Below are positions 13,684-25,215 of a stretch of 64,000 bases of DNA, one piece after another (positions within the stretch are counted from its first letter, which is position 1; every line of letters begins with the position of its first letter). The notes under the pieces are model-generated. The model ran no database searches, was not told where the DNA came from, and worked only from the letters and a program-made list of their open reading frames with translations. The DNA lies in contig JASANG010000611.1 of assembly GCA_030248215.1 (NCBI GenBank), positions 620,001 through 684,000 of the forward strand, given 5' to 3'. This stretch comes from Enoplolaimus lenunculus (taxonomy: Eukaryota). Position numbers and translations under genes: made by a program.

Positions 13684-14779
13684 ACCAGGCGTAGTGGGAC
13701 TATATTTATTGAGCGAAGCTCGAACACACGTAAGCAATTAAGGTAATATGCAAATCAGTTATTAGCTAACTATTCATTTATCGGTTTTGGAGGTTTGTAA
13801 GCAATTTACTCAGATTCCTCGCACCCAAAAACACATTATTGCTGAAATTAGATTGCTTGTAACCCTAATAATTACTGAAACATTGTAAAAACGCCTAACT
13901 TAGGCTTATCAATTATGCTTATATGCAAATTACCTATCAGCTAACTACTCAATTATCGGCTTTAGACGTTTGTAAACAATTTATTCAGATTCCTCGCGCC
14001 CAAAGTTTCAGTAAATCCTAATAATTATTGAAATAATTTAAAAAGTCCTAATTTTGGCTAGTCAATTAAGCTAATATGCAAATCAGCTATTAGCTCACTA
14101 TTCAATTATCGGTTTTGGAGGTTTGTTAACAATTTATTCAGATTCCTCGCACCCAAAAACCTTAGTAAATCTTAATAATTATTGAAATAATTTAAAAAGT
14201 CCTAATTTTGGCTAGTCAATTAAGCTAATATGCAAATTAGCTATTAGCTTACATTCAGTTATCGGTTTTGGAGGTTTGTTAACAATTTATTCAGATTCCT
14301 CGCACCCAAAAACCTTTTAGTAAATCTCAATAATTATTGAAACAAATCCTAGTTTTGTCTTGTCAATTACGCTAATATGCAAATTAGCTACTAGCTAACT
14401 ATTCAATTATCGGTTTTGGAGGTTTGTAACAATTTATTAAAATTCCTCGCACCTAAAAACCCTTTAATGCTGCAATTAGAATGCTTGTAACTGTAATAAT
14501 TAGTGAAATAATGTAGAAAGTCCTAATTTAGGCTTAATTAATTATGCAAATTAGCCTGTAGCTAATAAACGGATTAAAATTTTAAAACCCCAATGCGAGT
14601 TTAACACCCCAAGATAATTGGCATTTAAACAAAAAAAGTTTGTCAAAATGGGTTCACCCTTTCCTGAGATTTCAGCAGTTTCTGAGATTCTCGTCTGGAG
14701 GGCATACAGACGTACATACACTTTTCAACTCTAATGTACAAAACATAAAAAGCTTCGCCAAACTCTGAGCTTAGCTCAA
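13684..14779. mobile_element. DINE-1/HINE-like (Helentron-associated) non-autonomous element with central tandem repeats
   Basis: 13-bp subterminal inverted repeats TTGAGCGAAGCTC (13709-13721) / GAGCTTAGCTCAA (14767-14779); about 5-6 tandem units of ~150-175 bp containing TTATCGGTTTTGGAGG; related partial copies at ~12500-13075 and ~6000-6410, the latter with CAGACAGACAT. Confidence 0.55.
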
Positions 14780-15812
14780 CATAGGGTTAAATAAAATATG
14801 TAAACTATTTAATATTACGCAAAATTAGGTATATATATTTATACAGAATGAGTCGGGGTTTTTACAAAAAAGAACATGACGTATGTTCGTTGAGTCAATG
14901 GGAAGTCTTTGTATTTGCAGTGAACACTGTTCAGAAACATCAGTAAATACCACAGAATCAGTGTTCCTCTACAATTGTATATTTTCCTGCCTTCTGTTGT
15001 TTGTAAATAATACACAAATTACGAACCTGTGATAAACAGCTGAAACGACTGACATAAGCAACCATGCCCTAGCCAATGTGCGAAATGGACTTTAAAACCT
15101 CGGAGACTGTTACACCGATTACATTAAGTGGATTTCTTCTATTTACATTCACTAAAATGTCGATTGAAAACAATAAATTTACACAAAGTCTTATATCCGC
15201 AATAACCTGAGTGCACCATTTAACAACTTTCACATTCCCGCTTTACGAGATAGTTTAAAATATGTTCCTCTCTATACAAAGACGGGTTGAATCACAACCC
15301 AATTTTAAAGTCGTAAATTCATTCATATAGGATTGCGACCTTAAGACTAAAATCGTAAATGGTGGCATTGGCCCAAAACCCTCACTTTCGCTAATTCCGA
15401 ATCCAAGCGTTGACTTGGAAAAATCATGTTGTACAGATAATAGTATTCAAACAAGGCAACGGTAGCCACTTGATATGCTAACAAAGCAGATCTAAGCATA
15501 TGCAGACTATAAAATTCTGTGACATATCGAAACCAGAATTTATTAACCAATGGACTGAGGCATCGAAACGCAAATGATTGAACGTTTGGGGAAAATTATT
15601 CAGTCTGTTTTAACTCATTTGCGGAAACGCAAACATGTGTCGCAGGACCTTGCGATTCGGTTTTGTTAAACGGAATCCGAACGTTTGTTGCCCCCTGATA
15701 CAAAACCCGCCTGTTTAAAATTGATTCAAATTGCATACGAAGACATGCAACAATACGCAATTTCGTTTATGCTCATAAACCAGGTCAAAGGCAAAAACAC
15801 CTTACTGCTTAC

Positions 15813-17511
15813 CATAGAGAGATCACGATTGTTGCCTTTAAGACGTTCTTCCTGACGCTCTACAACAATATTGCTCCACACAATAAGAAAAACGCGACAT
15901 TTGTAATTGCAAAGTTAAAAATGCATTTTGACTAATATGCAGACAAAGAGCTGATTTGGTCCACATTTTATCAACTACTCGTTGAAGCATTATAGGAATA
16001 AAACTTAATCCGCGGAGCACCTTTTTCCATAACGAATGTTTTTGCTCAAAAACAGCCTAGCTGGAGCTCTATAATGAAGATGCGGTGAGCATTTAGTTAT
16101 ACCATATAAAAGCCAAGTAATAAAATAATACATACCTATTCTTCGTTTGCTTGATCTTCCGCCAACTTCTGTTAACTGATCTTTTTTCTTCTCTACTAAA
16201 GCATTAAAATAAAACAAAAATAAAAGATTAAAAATTGCCTTTAAATTTGACTAAACTGCCGCACTGATTTCAGAAGGCCAAAGTCATAATATAGCCAGAC
16301 TCAATCCAAAAGGATTATCAAAACACAACAGTCTACAACAAAAGCACTTTAATTTCTGGTTAAACTACCTGAAAATCTGCGCCGTTCTACAAAATGCTAA
16401 AACACTCAGGCGTGAGTCGCTGGATAATTGACACCGCACACCACATTACGTAATTCAAATTGGTCTGGTCAAGCTTAATTCAATAATCAAAAACATACAA
16501 ACATCTTGCTGTATTAAGCTTACGTACATCGTTTAAACTGTCTTTCAACTTCCGATTTCAGTTTTTGATACTTTTCGCTGCGATAAACCAGCAAATACGT
16601 CAGACCTAAATCATAAAATTATAACTGCATTAAAATGCTTAGGAACGACCATCAGTGTGTCAGTGTGTGACTAAATATTCGGATCTTTTTAATATCTGGT
16701 AAAAGTCGATATCCGTATTCGGCAGAAACCTACCGGATACCGGATATTTACGGCTGTGGTTGTTGGAACTTCAGAACTTGCAGCTGGAAAAGCAGGCCTA
16801 TAGTACAGAGCATAGATCGAACTTCAACTCTGCGGATTTATAAGCAAACGCTTTAAATGTGCCACATAACACAACCCTCCCACTGGTTTGTCATCGACTA
16901 TATGTTGACACGTATGCTGGCAGCAAGCATACTGTGTAGTGCAATGCAATATATTGCTTGTGCACACAACGGACAAGCATGTCTTACATACGTACAGCGG
17001 TCCGAATCTTATAAAACTGCTTGTTATAAGTTAACGTCTTACTTCTCGTAATTGCATTTCCGGCAAGTCAAGGTCAAGTTTTAAAATGCTGAAGTTAAAA
17101 TGAAAAATTCAAGCTAACTTTGATTCTAATTCAGTAAACATATACGTGTTTTGTGCGACCCAAGCACTTCGAACAGTGCACAAGTATTCGGTTGCACCCT
17201 GAGGAGCAAGGACTATGTACATACGGCTTTTGGTTGAATTTTTAAAGCCTATTATTGTCTGAAATAATGTTGGCGACCTAGAAACACTGATAAGTAATTT
17301 CAACCACCCGTTCCTTGTGCAAAAATCCAGAGTATATTTGCAGTATCGTTGTACAAAATGAAGTAGATAGCACATACGATATTCAAGCTACAAACCCAGA
17401 CAGAAGAGGTGCGTTCACAAATTTTGGTTCATATCGAAAACATCTTTTACCTTCACCAAGCAAAGCAGTGCAACTTGATATGAAAACAATCAAGAGGCTA
17501 TCAGCGAGCAT
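15813..17511 (-). CDS. TMCO1: TMCO1 (ER Ca2+ load-activated channel / GEL-complex insertase subunit); only the N-terminal 82 codons were found
   Basis: GT-AG exons 17511-17451, 16605-16528, 16195-16136, 15859-15813 give MLADSLLIVFISSCTALLGEGLTYLLVYRSEKYQKLKSEVERQFKRLEKKKDQLTEVGGRSSKRRIERQEERLKGNNRDLSM, which aligns by eye to human TMCO1 (MFADTLLIVFISVCTALLAEGITWVLVYRTDKYKRLKAEVEKQ...ERQEEKLKNNNRDLSM). The 3' exons were not located. Confidence 0.9.
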
Positions 17512-18999
17512 TTTTTTTTATCACAATAAAACTGTTTAAATAACTCGTCTGAAAATACCAGAAGTTGAGTAATGGATAGAAATTTTGGAATATATACCCC
17601 ATCCACCCTTGTATACGCCCTTGATAACGAAACACAAAATAAATTCAACATGCAGTGGCTGTCGTGTCAAACTATTTCACATTTGACGATTAGTTCGTTA
17701 ACCGAGTAATATACCACACTAGCTACGTGTTTAAGCGTATCGCGAACTTCAAGGAAAGAAAAATTAAAACTCTGAAGAAACGAAATTAATAATGAAGGAC
17801 AAGGGAAACTAAGCAAGAAAGAACTAATCAATAACAAATGAAGGAAAAAGTATATTTTTCAGTACCGCGCTCCAAGAGTTAGAAAAGTTTTGCTTAGCGC
17901 TTAAATGCAATTTATACCTTGGCAGGAAACGGATAAGTACTCAATTGGAATAAACATTTAACAAAAAACGCAGGCTTTAACAAAACTTAACTATAAACCT
18001 TAAAAATTTTCACACCAATTATATTACCTACTACAACTGGAGTCAATGTTCCCAATTGTTTATTGTATGTAATACCTATTGCTAATAAATAATAATCTGC
18101 TATTTCTAAGCAATGATTTCATTGCTTACAGAAGCGTTATGATTCTTTGTTAGATTAATTTAATATAATTTTTGCAGGCTCGCTGGACTGCATATTTCAG
18201 CTTACGAACAACCGAAGTGTTTAATATGCCCTTGTGAATGTAAAGGAAAAGAACGTAGCTAGTTTTACGTCTTTGCCGACACTCAAATGTATATAGCACC
18301 TAGCGGCAGTTTGCACTAGGTCTCGCAAATTTTAAAAACGCATCTGGTACCCTTGACTTTTCCTACCCCTACTCTAATTTTAGTGTATGCAGTGAAATTG
18401 GTTTTTGCCAGTATGGCCCGGGATTGGCTGGAACTAGATACATTAGCATTCCAAGGCTAACGCGCTGTCTTCGGAATTTGGCAAAGTTTTGAGGCTGAAA
18501 TATCTGAAAATGTGAGTTCTCGGCACTAGTTATCTTAAATAATGCAATTTTGGGTTAGTACACCCTAGAATGTTAACACAGGATTCTGCAGGTTTAATTC
18601 AATTATATAATACGAACAAACAACGTAGCAGCGTACACAAAATAAACGTGGTCAATTGTAATTTGACTCGCGAAAAACGTATTTTACGGTTTTGCGAGAT
18701 GATTCGAAATTACGTCAAAACCAATGTTAGATCCTAGCTACCAAAATCTCAAGGAATAAAATCGAAAAATTGGCCGAACAGCGGTGGAATGTTTCGTGAA
18801 TATTTTTGAAAGATTTAAGTGTTGAATAGAAAAACGGAATGCGGTGAGCAAAAATTACCCAGAATATACGAAATAACGATAATAGGTACAATAAAAACTA
18901 AATAACGGCACATTCACAAACTAGTAAAATTGACATAGCACAAACAAGTGAAAAGCGATTGTCAACGAAGCATATCTGATTCTTAGAGTTGATAGTTCT

Positions 19000-19600
19000 C
19001 TTGATTTTAGCGAGTTGAGATGTGGCCAATGTTTGTGTGGGTGAATGGATGAGTTTGACGTCCCATGGTGTAAGCAGAGTGAAGTTTGACAGCATAGGTG
19101 ATACCATACAGATGGGAAGATTTTGTTAATGCGTGCAACACCCGTTTCCGTAGCAAACGGCCCCAATATGTATTGATTGCCCTGTCAGGAATAACATGAC
19201 ATTTTTTCGGGATTCATGGGGTACTAACAAAACCATACCAGCTAAATTTGTGTACCTTCTTCTGCAGCAGGAGCCGCCGTGTTTGTCGTATAAAAGTAGG
19301 CCCGCTTTAAACGCTTGATCTAAGGATAAAACCGAAGTTAAGCGGCGTGACATTCATCGAATTGTCCATGACTGTACGAGCAACAGCACTAGGCTTATCG
19401 TTGTAACGCTGCGGAAAGCCGTGACTGTTAGACTGCGGGCATCTCCGATTTATGCGGCCCCGTTTCCAATCTGACCCAACTAGACGCCAAGCCTAGAACC
19501 TTTGGAGGGGAGAACAGCCCGCTCAAAATGCACCGAGTCTCACGTGTGAGGAAATTCGATCGTGTGTGCGCAAAGTAAGACTAACCCACTGCCGTAAAGT
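19000..19600. ncRNA. Candidate structured non-coding RNA or cis-element, unidentified
   Basis: GC-richer island with no convincing ORF and several nested complementary segments (19356-19367 with 19550-19560; 19382-19396 with 19416-19429; 19435-19446 with 19509-19522). Confidence 0.3.
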
Positions 19601-20203
19601 TAATCCTGAATTTGCCAACTCAATACTAACTGAAGGCTAAAGATTCTAAAGTAATTTGAAAATATCTATCTTAACTTTATTACTGAAAGGGGCATACTAG
19701 TGTTCAGCAATCGCAAGAACCTATTCCTGGGACTTTGACTAACCGATGGATGATAAAAGAGGAAGAAATAAGTTACAAAGTCCAAAAATATCAAATCGTA
19801 GATTACAACTTTTTTTTATAATTTTGTTTCCCAGTACTCTTTAACTATAGACTCAAGCGACTCAGAACCATCATAACACACCGTATAAACATGTTCCATG
19901 TGAAACTAACCTTCGTTGCGAATCCAGCTTCTCAAGAAAACAAAGCACTATCTTTAGCATTCAGCAATGCCCTTAAGCACATTTACTATAAGATGTCCAT
20001 TTACCAACATTTGTCGTTTGTATGAATGCGTCTTCAAAGCCAGCCGCGGCGTCACGTGGAACTTTTTGCATGGCAAAAAGCGTATTGTCGTAAATGTTGC
20101 CAGTCATTTTTCATTCCTCTAGGGTACAACTGTTACACAGCAGTACGTAATACGTTCATTACGTGATCTTAATTTATTTTGAAAATTTTGACATTCTTCG
20201 TAA

Positions 20204-23200
20204 ATGGCTTCAGTAGACAAAATCGCAAAGATTTCAGCTCTCGATCAGCTTAAAAAACATACCATTATTGTAGCGGATACCGGTGATTTTGAAGGTATTT
20301 TAGTTTTCTTATGTACATATGTATTTATTACCGACGCAGAATTTTCGCCATACAAACAAGGAAACAGTTTGTCTACGGCGTGAAAACAATGAAAATCATT
20401 TGACACTGTTTGATTTGTGGTAAACTCGCTGGCCCTTTTCATCTATAGGGGGTTAATTGTTTTTGTGTATGGAATGTTCTGACGAAGCTACTTGGTGATG
20501 CGTTTAAATATTTGTCAAATGTTAATTACCTTTACAACTAGTTTACAATTTTGTTCCTTCAGCAATCAAGAAATATATGCCAACAGATGCGACTACAAAT
20601 CCGAGTCTCATTTTGCAAGCGAGTGTCTTGCCTCAGTATGCACATTTTCTTGATGAAGCTGTCGAATTCTCCTTAAGCAAAAATAAATCAGGGTATGAGA
20701 TTTTATCACTTTGTATAACCCAACATAAATGAAATATTTAGTTGCTGATTTGTTATTATTCTGCGCAACATTTTGTCTCGTCCGACTTAAAGTACATATT
20801 TTAGGGGCTTATTTATTATTATTCTGCGCTCACTATGTCAGCAAACTTAAATTACGTATTTAGCTGCTGATTTGTTATTCTGCGCTTAAACCACATTGTA
20901 TCAAAAATTATGTTGTATCGTTAGACATCTATGAATTTCCAAACCAGAATGACTAGCCGAAATTTGATTGTCTCGTTATGCACATATTCGTACGCACTGG
21001 TGGTTCGTGCTCTGTTTGCATTAACAATTGTAATTTATTTCGGTAAAACTTTATTAGCAAGGTCAAAAAAGTTAGCTTAGTATTTTAGTTCTGGTGCAGA
21101 AAGGCTGGCACTGGCAATGGATCAGTTGTTTATTTTGTTTGGAAATGAAATTCTGAAAATCGTACCAGGTCGAGTATCAACCGAAGTCGATGCCAGGTAG
21201 ATGTTCGGTGTGAAAGATTAACCAAACTAACTACATTGAATTAATAGAAGAAAAACTGTTCGAGAAATTATGCTATTCATCTAGTTATTTTGTGAAATTA
21301 GTTTAAAAAATGCTGACTCACTGGTCCGTGTTAATTTAAACACCAATCAGTCTACTCTTTTTGCAACGATTTCAGATATTTTACCTTGTGTTATGGTTTG
21401 TGTGAAACGCAGCTTCCATAATTTATAGTGGAAAGGTGGGCATTACTGAGTTTTTGTTTTAGGTATACACGTATACAGTCTTTGTTTTAAAACTTTATCA
21501 CAAACCTAACAAATTTATGACGATGTATATTTTGAGGCAATAATTGTTCAGCTCTACTGTTCTTGTTTTTTAACTCCCGTTGAATATCAATTTGTTCAGG
21601 CTTTCCTTTGATGTTAATGCACAAGTAAACAAAGCACGTCGATTAATCGAATTGTACAAAGACCTTGGTGTGGATAAATCTCGAGTTTTGATAAAACTGT
21701 CGTCAACATGGGAAGGCATTCAAGCTGCAAAGTAAATCAGTTAGAGTTTGTTTTTTGTGTGAAAATCAGTGCGAAAGCGCACTAAACATAATTTTTGCAC
21801 ACCATGCATTTGTATAATTTTTGAGCAAACTTCCTCATATTATGATCCATCAAAATCCACTCTGGGTTACGTTTGCTATAACAATTTTCACTATGGTTGT
21901 AAGGGAATTTCCTCACTTCACTCGCTTTTTATTATCACATGGCTTACAATTTCAACTACCGTTAGATACCGTGGGTTGAATTGACCACCCAACTTAGAAA
22001 CGTTTTCAACATATTTTGCTGGAACCGTATCAGATATTACACAATCCTTTGGTTTTACGCTGGATTTGAGCTGAACTTGTATACCTTGTATACAGTCTTG
22101 ACGATGTATATAATGATATTGATATTATTTCAAATTTTGCAGGATACTGGAAGCCGAAGGCATTCACTGTAATATGACTTTGATGTTTAGTTTTGCTCAG
22201 GTAACAACAAGTAAATATTTTATTTTCTGTTAGTTGTGAATATCAGTATTAATTGTTTTTGTTTTTGTGTCGATTGTAAATGACAGAGCATTAAAAATAA
22301 TTTGCTTTTATATGACTGAAATGTGTCTGCATGTTTTAGGCAGTTGCGTGTGCCGAGGCTGGTGTAACGCTCATATCGCCATTCGTTGGGAGAATTTACG
22401 ACTATTATGTTACGAAGACAGGTCAAAAAGAGTATAAGTTACTTGAAGATCCTGGTAAGCTTTTGTTTTACAGTTTTTATTATTTTAACCACTGATTATT
22501 TATTTGCTGCATGGCAATACAAGGTGGGGCCAGATAGATTCGGTTCTATAGTTTTGACTGTAGTAAAAATAGGTTTTTTCGATGTAGAGCTTAAAAATTT
22601 TCAGGTGTGATCAGTGTCAGCAAAATTTACAATTATTATCGACAGCACGGCTATAAAACGGTTGTAATGGGCGCTTCATTTCGAAATATAAATCAGGTTA
22701 AAGCACTTTGTGGATGTGATTTATTGACCATAAGGTTTGTTTCTTTGTGGAAATACCACTTTTTACATACATTGTTGAGCTTTGTTTCTTTTCCGTTCAA
22801 TATACGTATGCTGTGAATGATTTTATAATTTGATTCTAGTTATATACGTGTTTAATTAATCATTGCAGCGCAGACGTTTGTTCTAGGGGTGTCAAACAGG
22901 TGCGCAGCAGCTAACCCCAAAAGAGAGTAATAGAGAACTTTGGAGCAAAAGGCCAGCGCACTTGTTTACATTAAATATTTTAAATTCCAATACGTAGTTT
23001 TATTTTTTGACGAGTTTTTAGCTGTATCATCAACTCCTTGATGTGTTAGGGGTGCTGACTGACACCTTTATTTTCGCGAGCTTGCATTTTATGTCTTCGT
23101 GAAATCGGATTAGAGTTTGCTATTATTCAGCTGGATAAACATACTTAAAACCTTTAGATTTGTAGTTAAAGGTGCAGTTTACTGAAGATCTGAATCCGTT

Positions 23201-23740
23201 GGTTGGTTTCCAGATGCAATCACTTTTTACAATGTTGGTAATCATAGTTCTTATTTTCATATTGTGCTTGACATATTTGTTGCTGTGGTTAATTTTTGTT
23301 TTAGTCCAGCACTTTTGAACTCTCTAAGTGAAGACTTCAGCACGGTTGATGTTCAACTAACTTCAAAATCAGGTATGGTGACATTCATTTTCACCCATGT
23401 AAGTGGTGCTTCGTTACGTGGCTTTTCCAATTAGCAGAGTACATTTCAAAAGTGAATTTTATGCCGCAATAAATGTTCATAGAAACAACTAAAACAGTAT
23501 AACTCTGTTACATCAGATTATTTAGTAAGCTATTGTCATAGTTTTATTGCAGCTGTAGCTACTCCAATGCCGAAAGTATCACTTAATGAAGCTGCCTTTC
23601 GATGGGAGCACAACGAAGACGCAATGGCTACTGACAAGTTGGCAGAGGGCATCCGCAAGTTTGCAGCAGATGCGATGAAACTTGAGAAAATGATCCAGGC
23701 AAAACTGGCCGCCACTGATGCTCCAAACGGAGCTGCTTGA
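20204..23740 (+). CDS. TALDO1: Transaldolase, 9 exons, ~339 aa
   Basis: GT-AG exons 20204-20294, 20563-20692, 21089-21196, 21600-21731, 22143-22200, 22340-22454, 22605-22734, 23305-23372, 23553-23740 join in frame (1020 nt). Motifs [45 protein letters not shown] (Schiff-base Lys), [32 protein letters not shown]. Confidence 0.98.
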
Positions 23741-25215
23741 AAACATTTGTGAATATACTGTCCGGTAATTTTATTGTGATACCATTAATATTGCCACAGG
23801 CTAAGTAAGGTTATCAGAAAAAGCGGTAGGTTCTATTACTTTAATTTTTAACTGAAAAGAGCAGCTTGTAATAAAAGGTACACGTCGCTTTAGAGGTAGG
23901 TAAATGTTTGTTTCAACTGTTATGTTATGCTTCCGAACGCAGGATTCTATGTGCCTAGCGCTATTGTATGTTTAATTACGACCAGAGTAGCCTTCCGTGT
24001 TTCGGATTATAGTAGTTTTCCGTTGCATTTGATTTGAGAAAGAGTTAATACGCAAATATGTGAGTTTATAATCTTCCAAATCGAGAAGTTTTACTGTGAT
24101 TTCTTATTCTGTTGTGTTTTTTCGATATGTAACTTTTTATTCATGCTATTTTATTTGAATTGCAGTTACATATGGTGTCAAATTTTGAATTGTTAAAAAC
24201 AGCGCTGTAATGAGTCCGAATATTTGTTTCAACTGAAAGAAATGCATTGCAACAGCTGGAAACATGCTGTGTATTGCTTTACATTTGTTCTCGTAATGAA
24301 GCGTTTTCACATTTAACCTGTGCTATCTGATCAAAAGTATCTGATATTGTATTGTTTTGCTAAAGACCATTGTTGCTGCATTTGGCGGTTAACACTTAAG
24401 TGCCCTCAAACTGATGGGACAATACCTAAATGATCATGTCTGATACTTACACATCTTTAATTTTTCTTCAGTGTCCACGACGTACCATTTACGTCGTGTA
24501 ACAATATTTGTTCTACAGCGACCAGCAACGTAAAATGCGTACAAAACTGTGTACGGTATGACGTACACTATACGTCATGGACATTTAATTGAGATTAGCA
24601 TGCCGTACACGGTTACTTCATGTTCACTTAATGGGTTGTTGTATTGGTCTGGAATTTTATGCTAGACTACGGTCATTAATAATCAACATTCTATTTTCAA
24701 ATTTTATTGCAAGTTTTCATTCCTTTAACACTGACCTTAATTTCGATGAGTATGTGTTCTACTTTCTAACAATAAAATTATGTTTTTGTTTCTCGAGCTG
24801 TTTTACTCGTCGAGGTAAGCTTCAACTTATGGGTGCTTAGAAAAAACCAAAAACCTGAAAAACGCAATATTTAATTCTGTATGTTCGAAATAAACACTCC
24901 ATTTCGTATATCCGATGTTTCCGGACCCGGATGTGAAAAAATATCTCATTATGCAACATGTCATAACTCAAGCGGGTTATGTAAACGGTCTTTGTTTTTT
25001 AATCATTCAGTCAGTACAAAGAATTAGTCATTTTTCAATTGCCACTGGCATGCTAGTTGCATGTTTTTCTCTTGCACACTTCCTAACGCTCTGCATTTTC
25101 TAATTTTGACATAAGTTAGATCTTGTGCTTAGCAAAAGGATTAGGTTTCGGCTTAGGATTAAACGGGCAATCGGAAAGAGTACATCAGTGTTGATGTCCT
25201 TTCGAAGGTGTTTTT

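Noticed and set aside
16368..19166. Apparent TERT-like motifs on the minus strand (FATET...SVW, APQGATEYLC, MWCAV)
   Set aside because: They do not splice into one frame, there is no catalytic DD motif, and two of them lie in TMCO1 introns; chance matches.
19455..19480. SRP RNA helix-8-like CAGATTGGAAACGGGGC; RNase P/MRP-like motifs nearby
   Set aside because: The conserved CAGG...AGCA internal loop and the Alu domain are absent, and the P4 motifs are not in the right order; the region is left unassigned.
19520..19605. Antizyme-like TTT-TGA +1 frameshift site on the minus strand
   Set aside because: The +1 frame stops after 14 codons and has no antizyme similarity.
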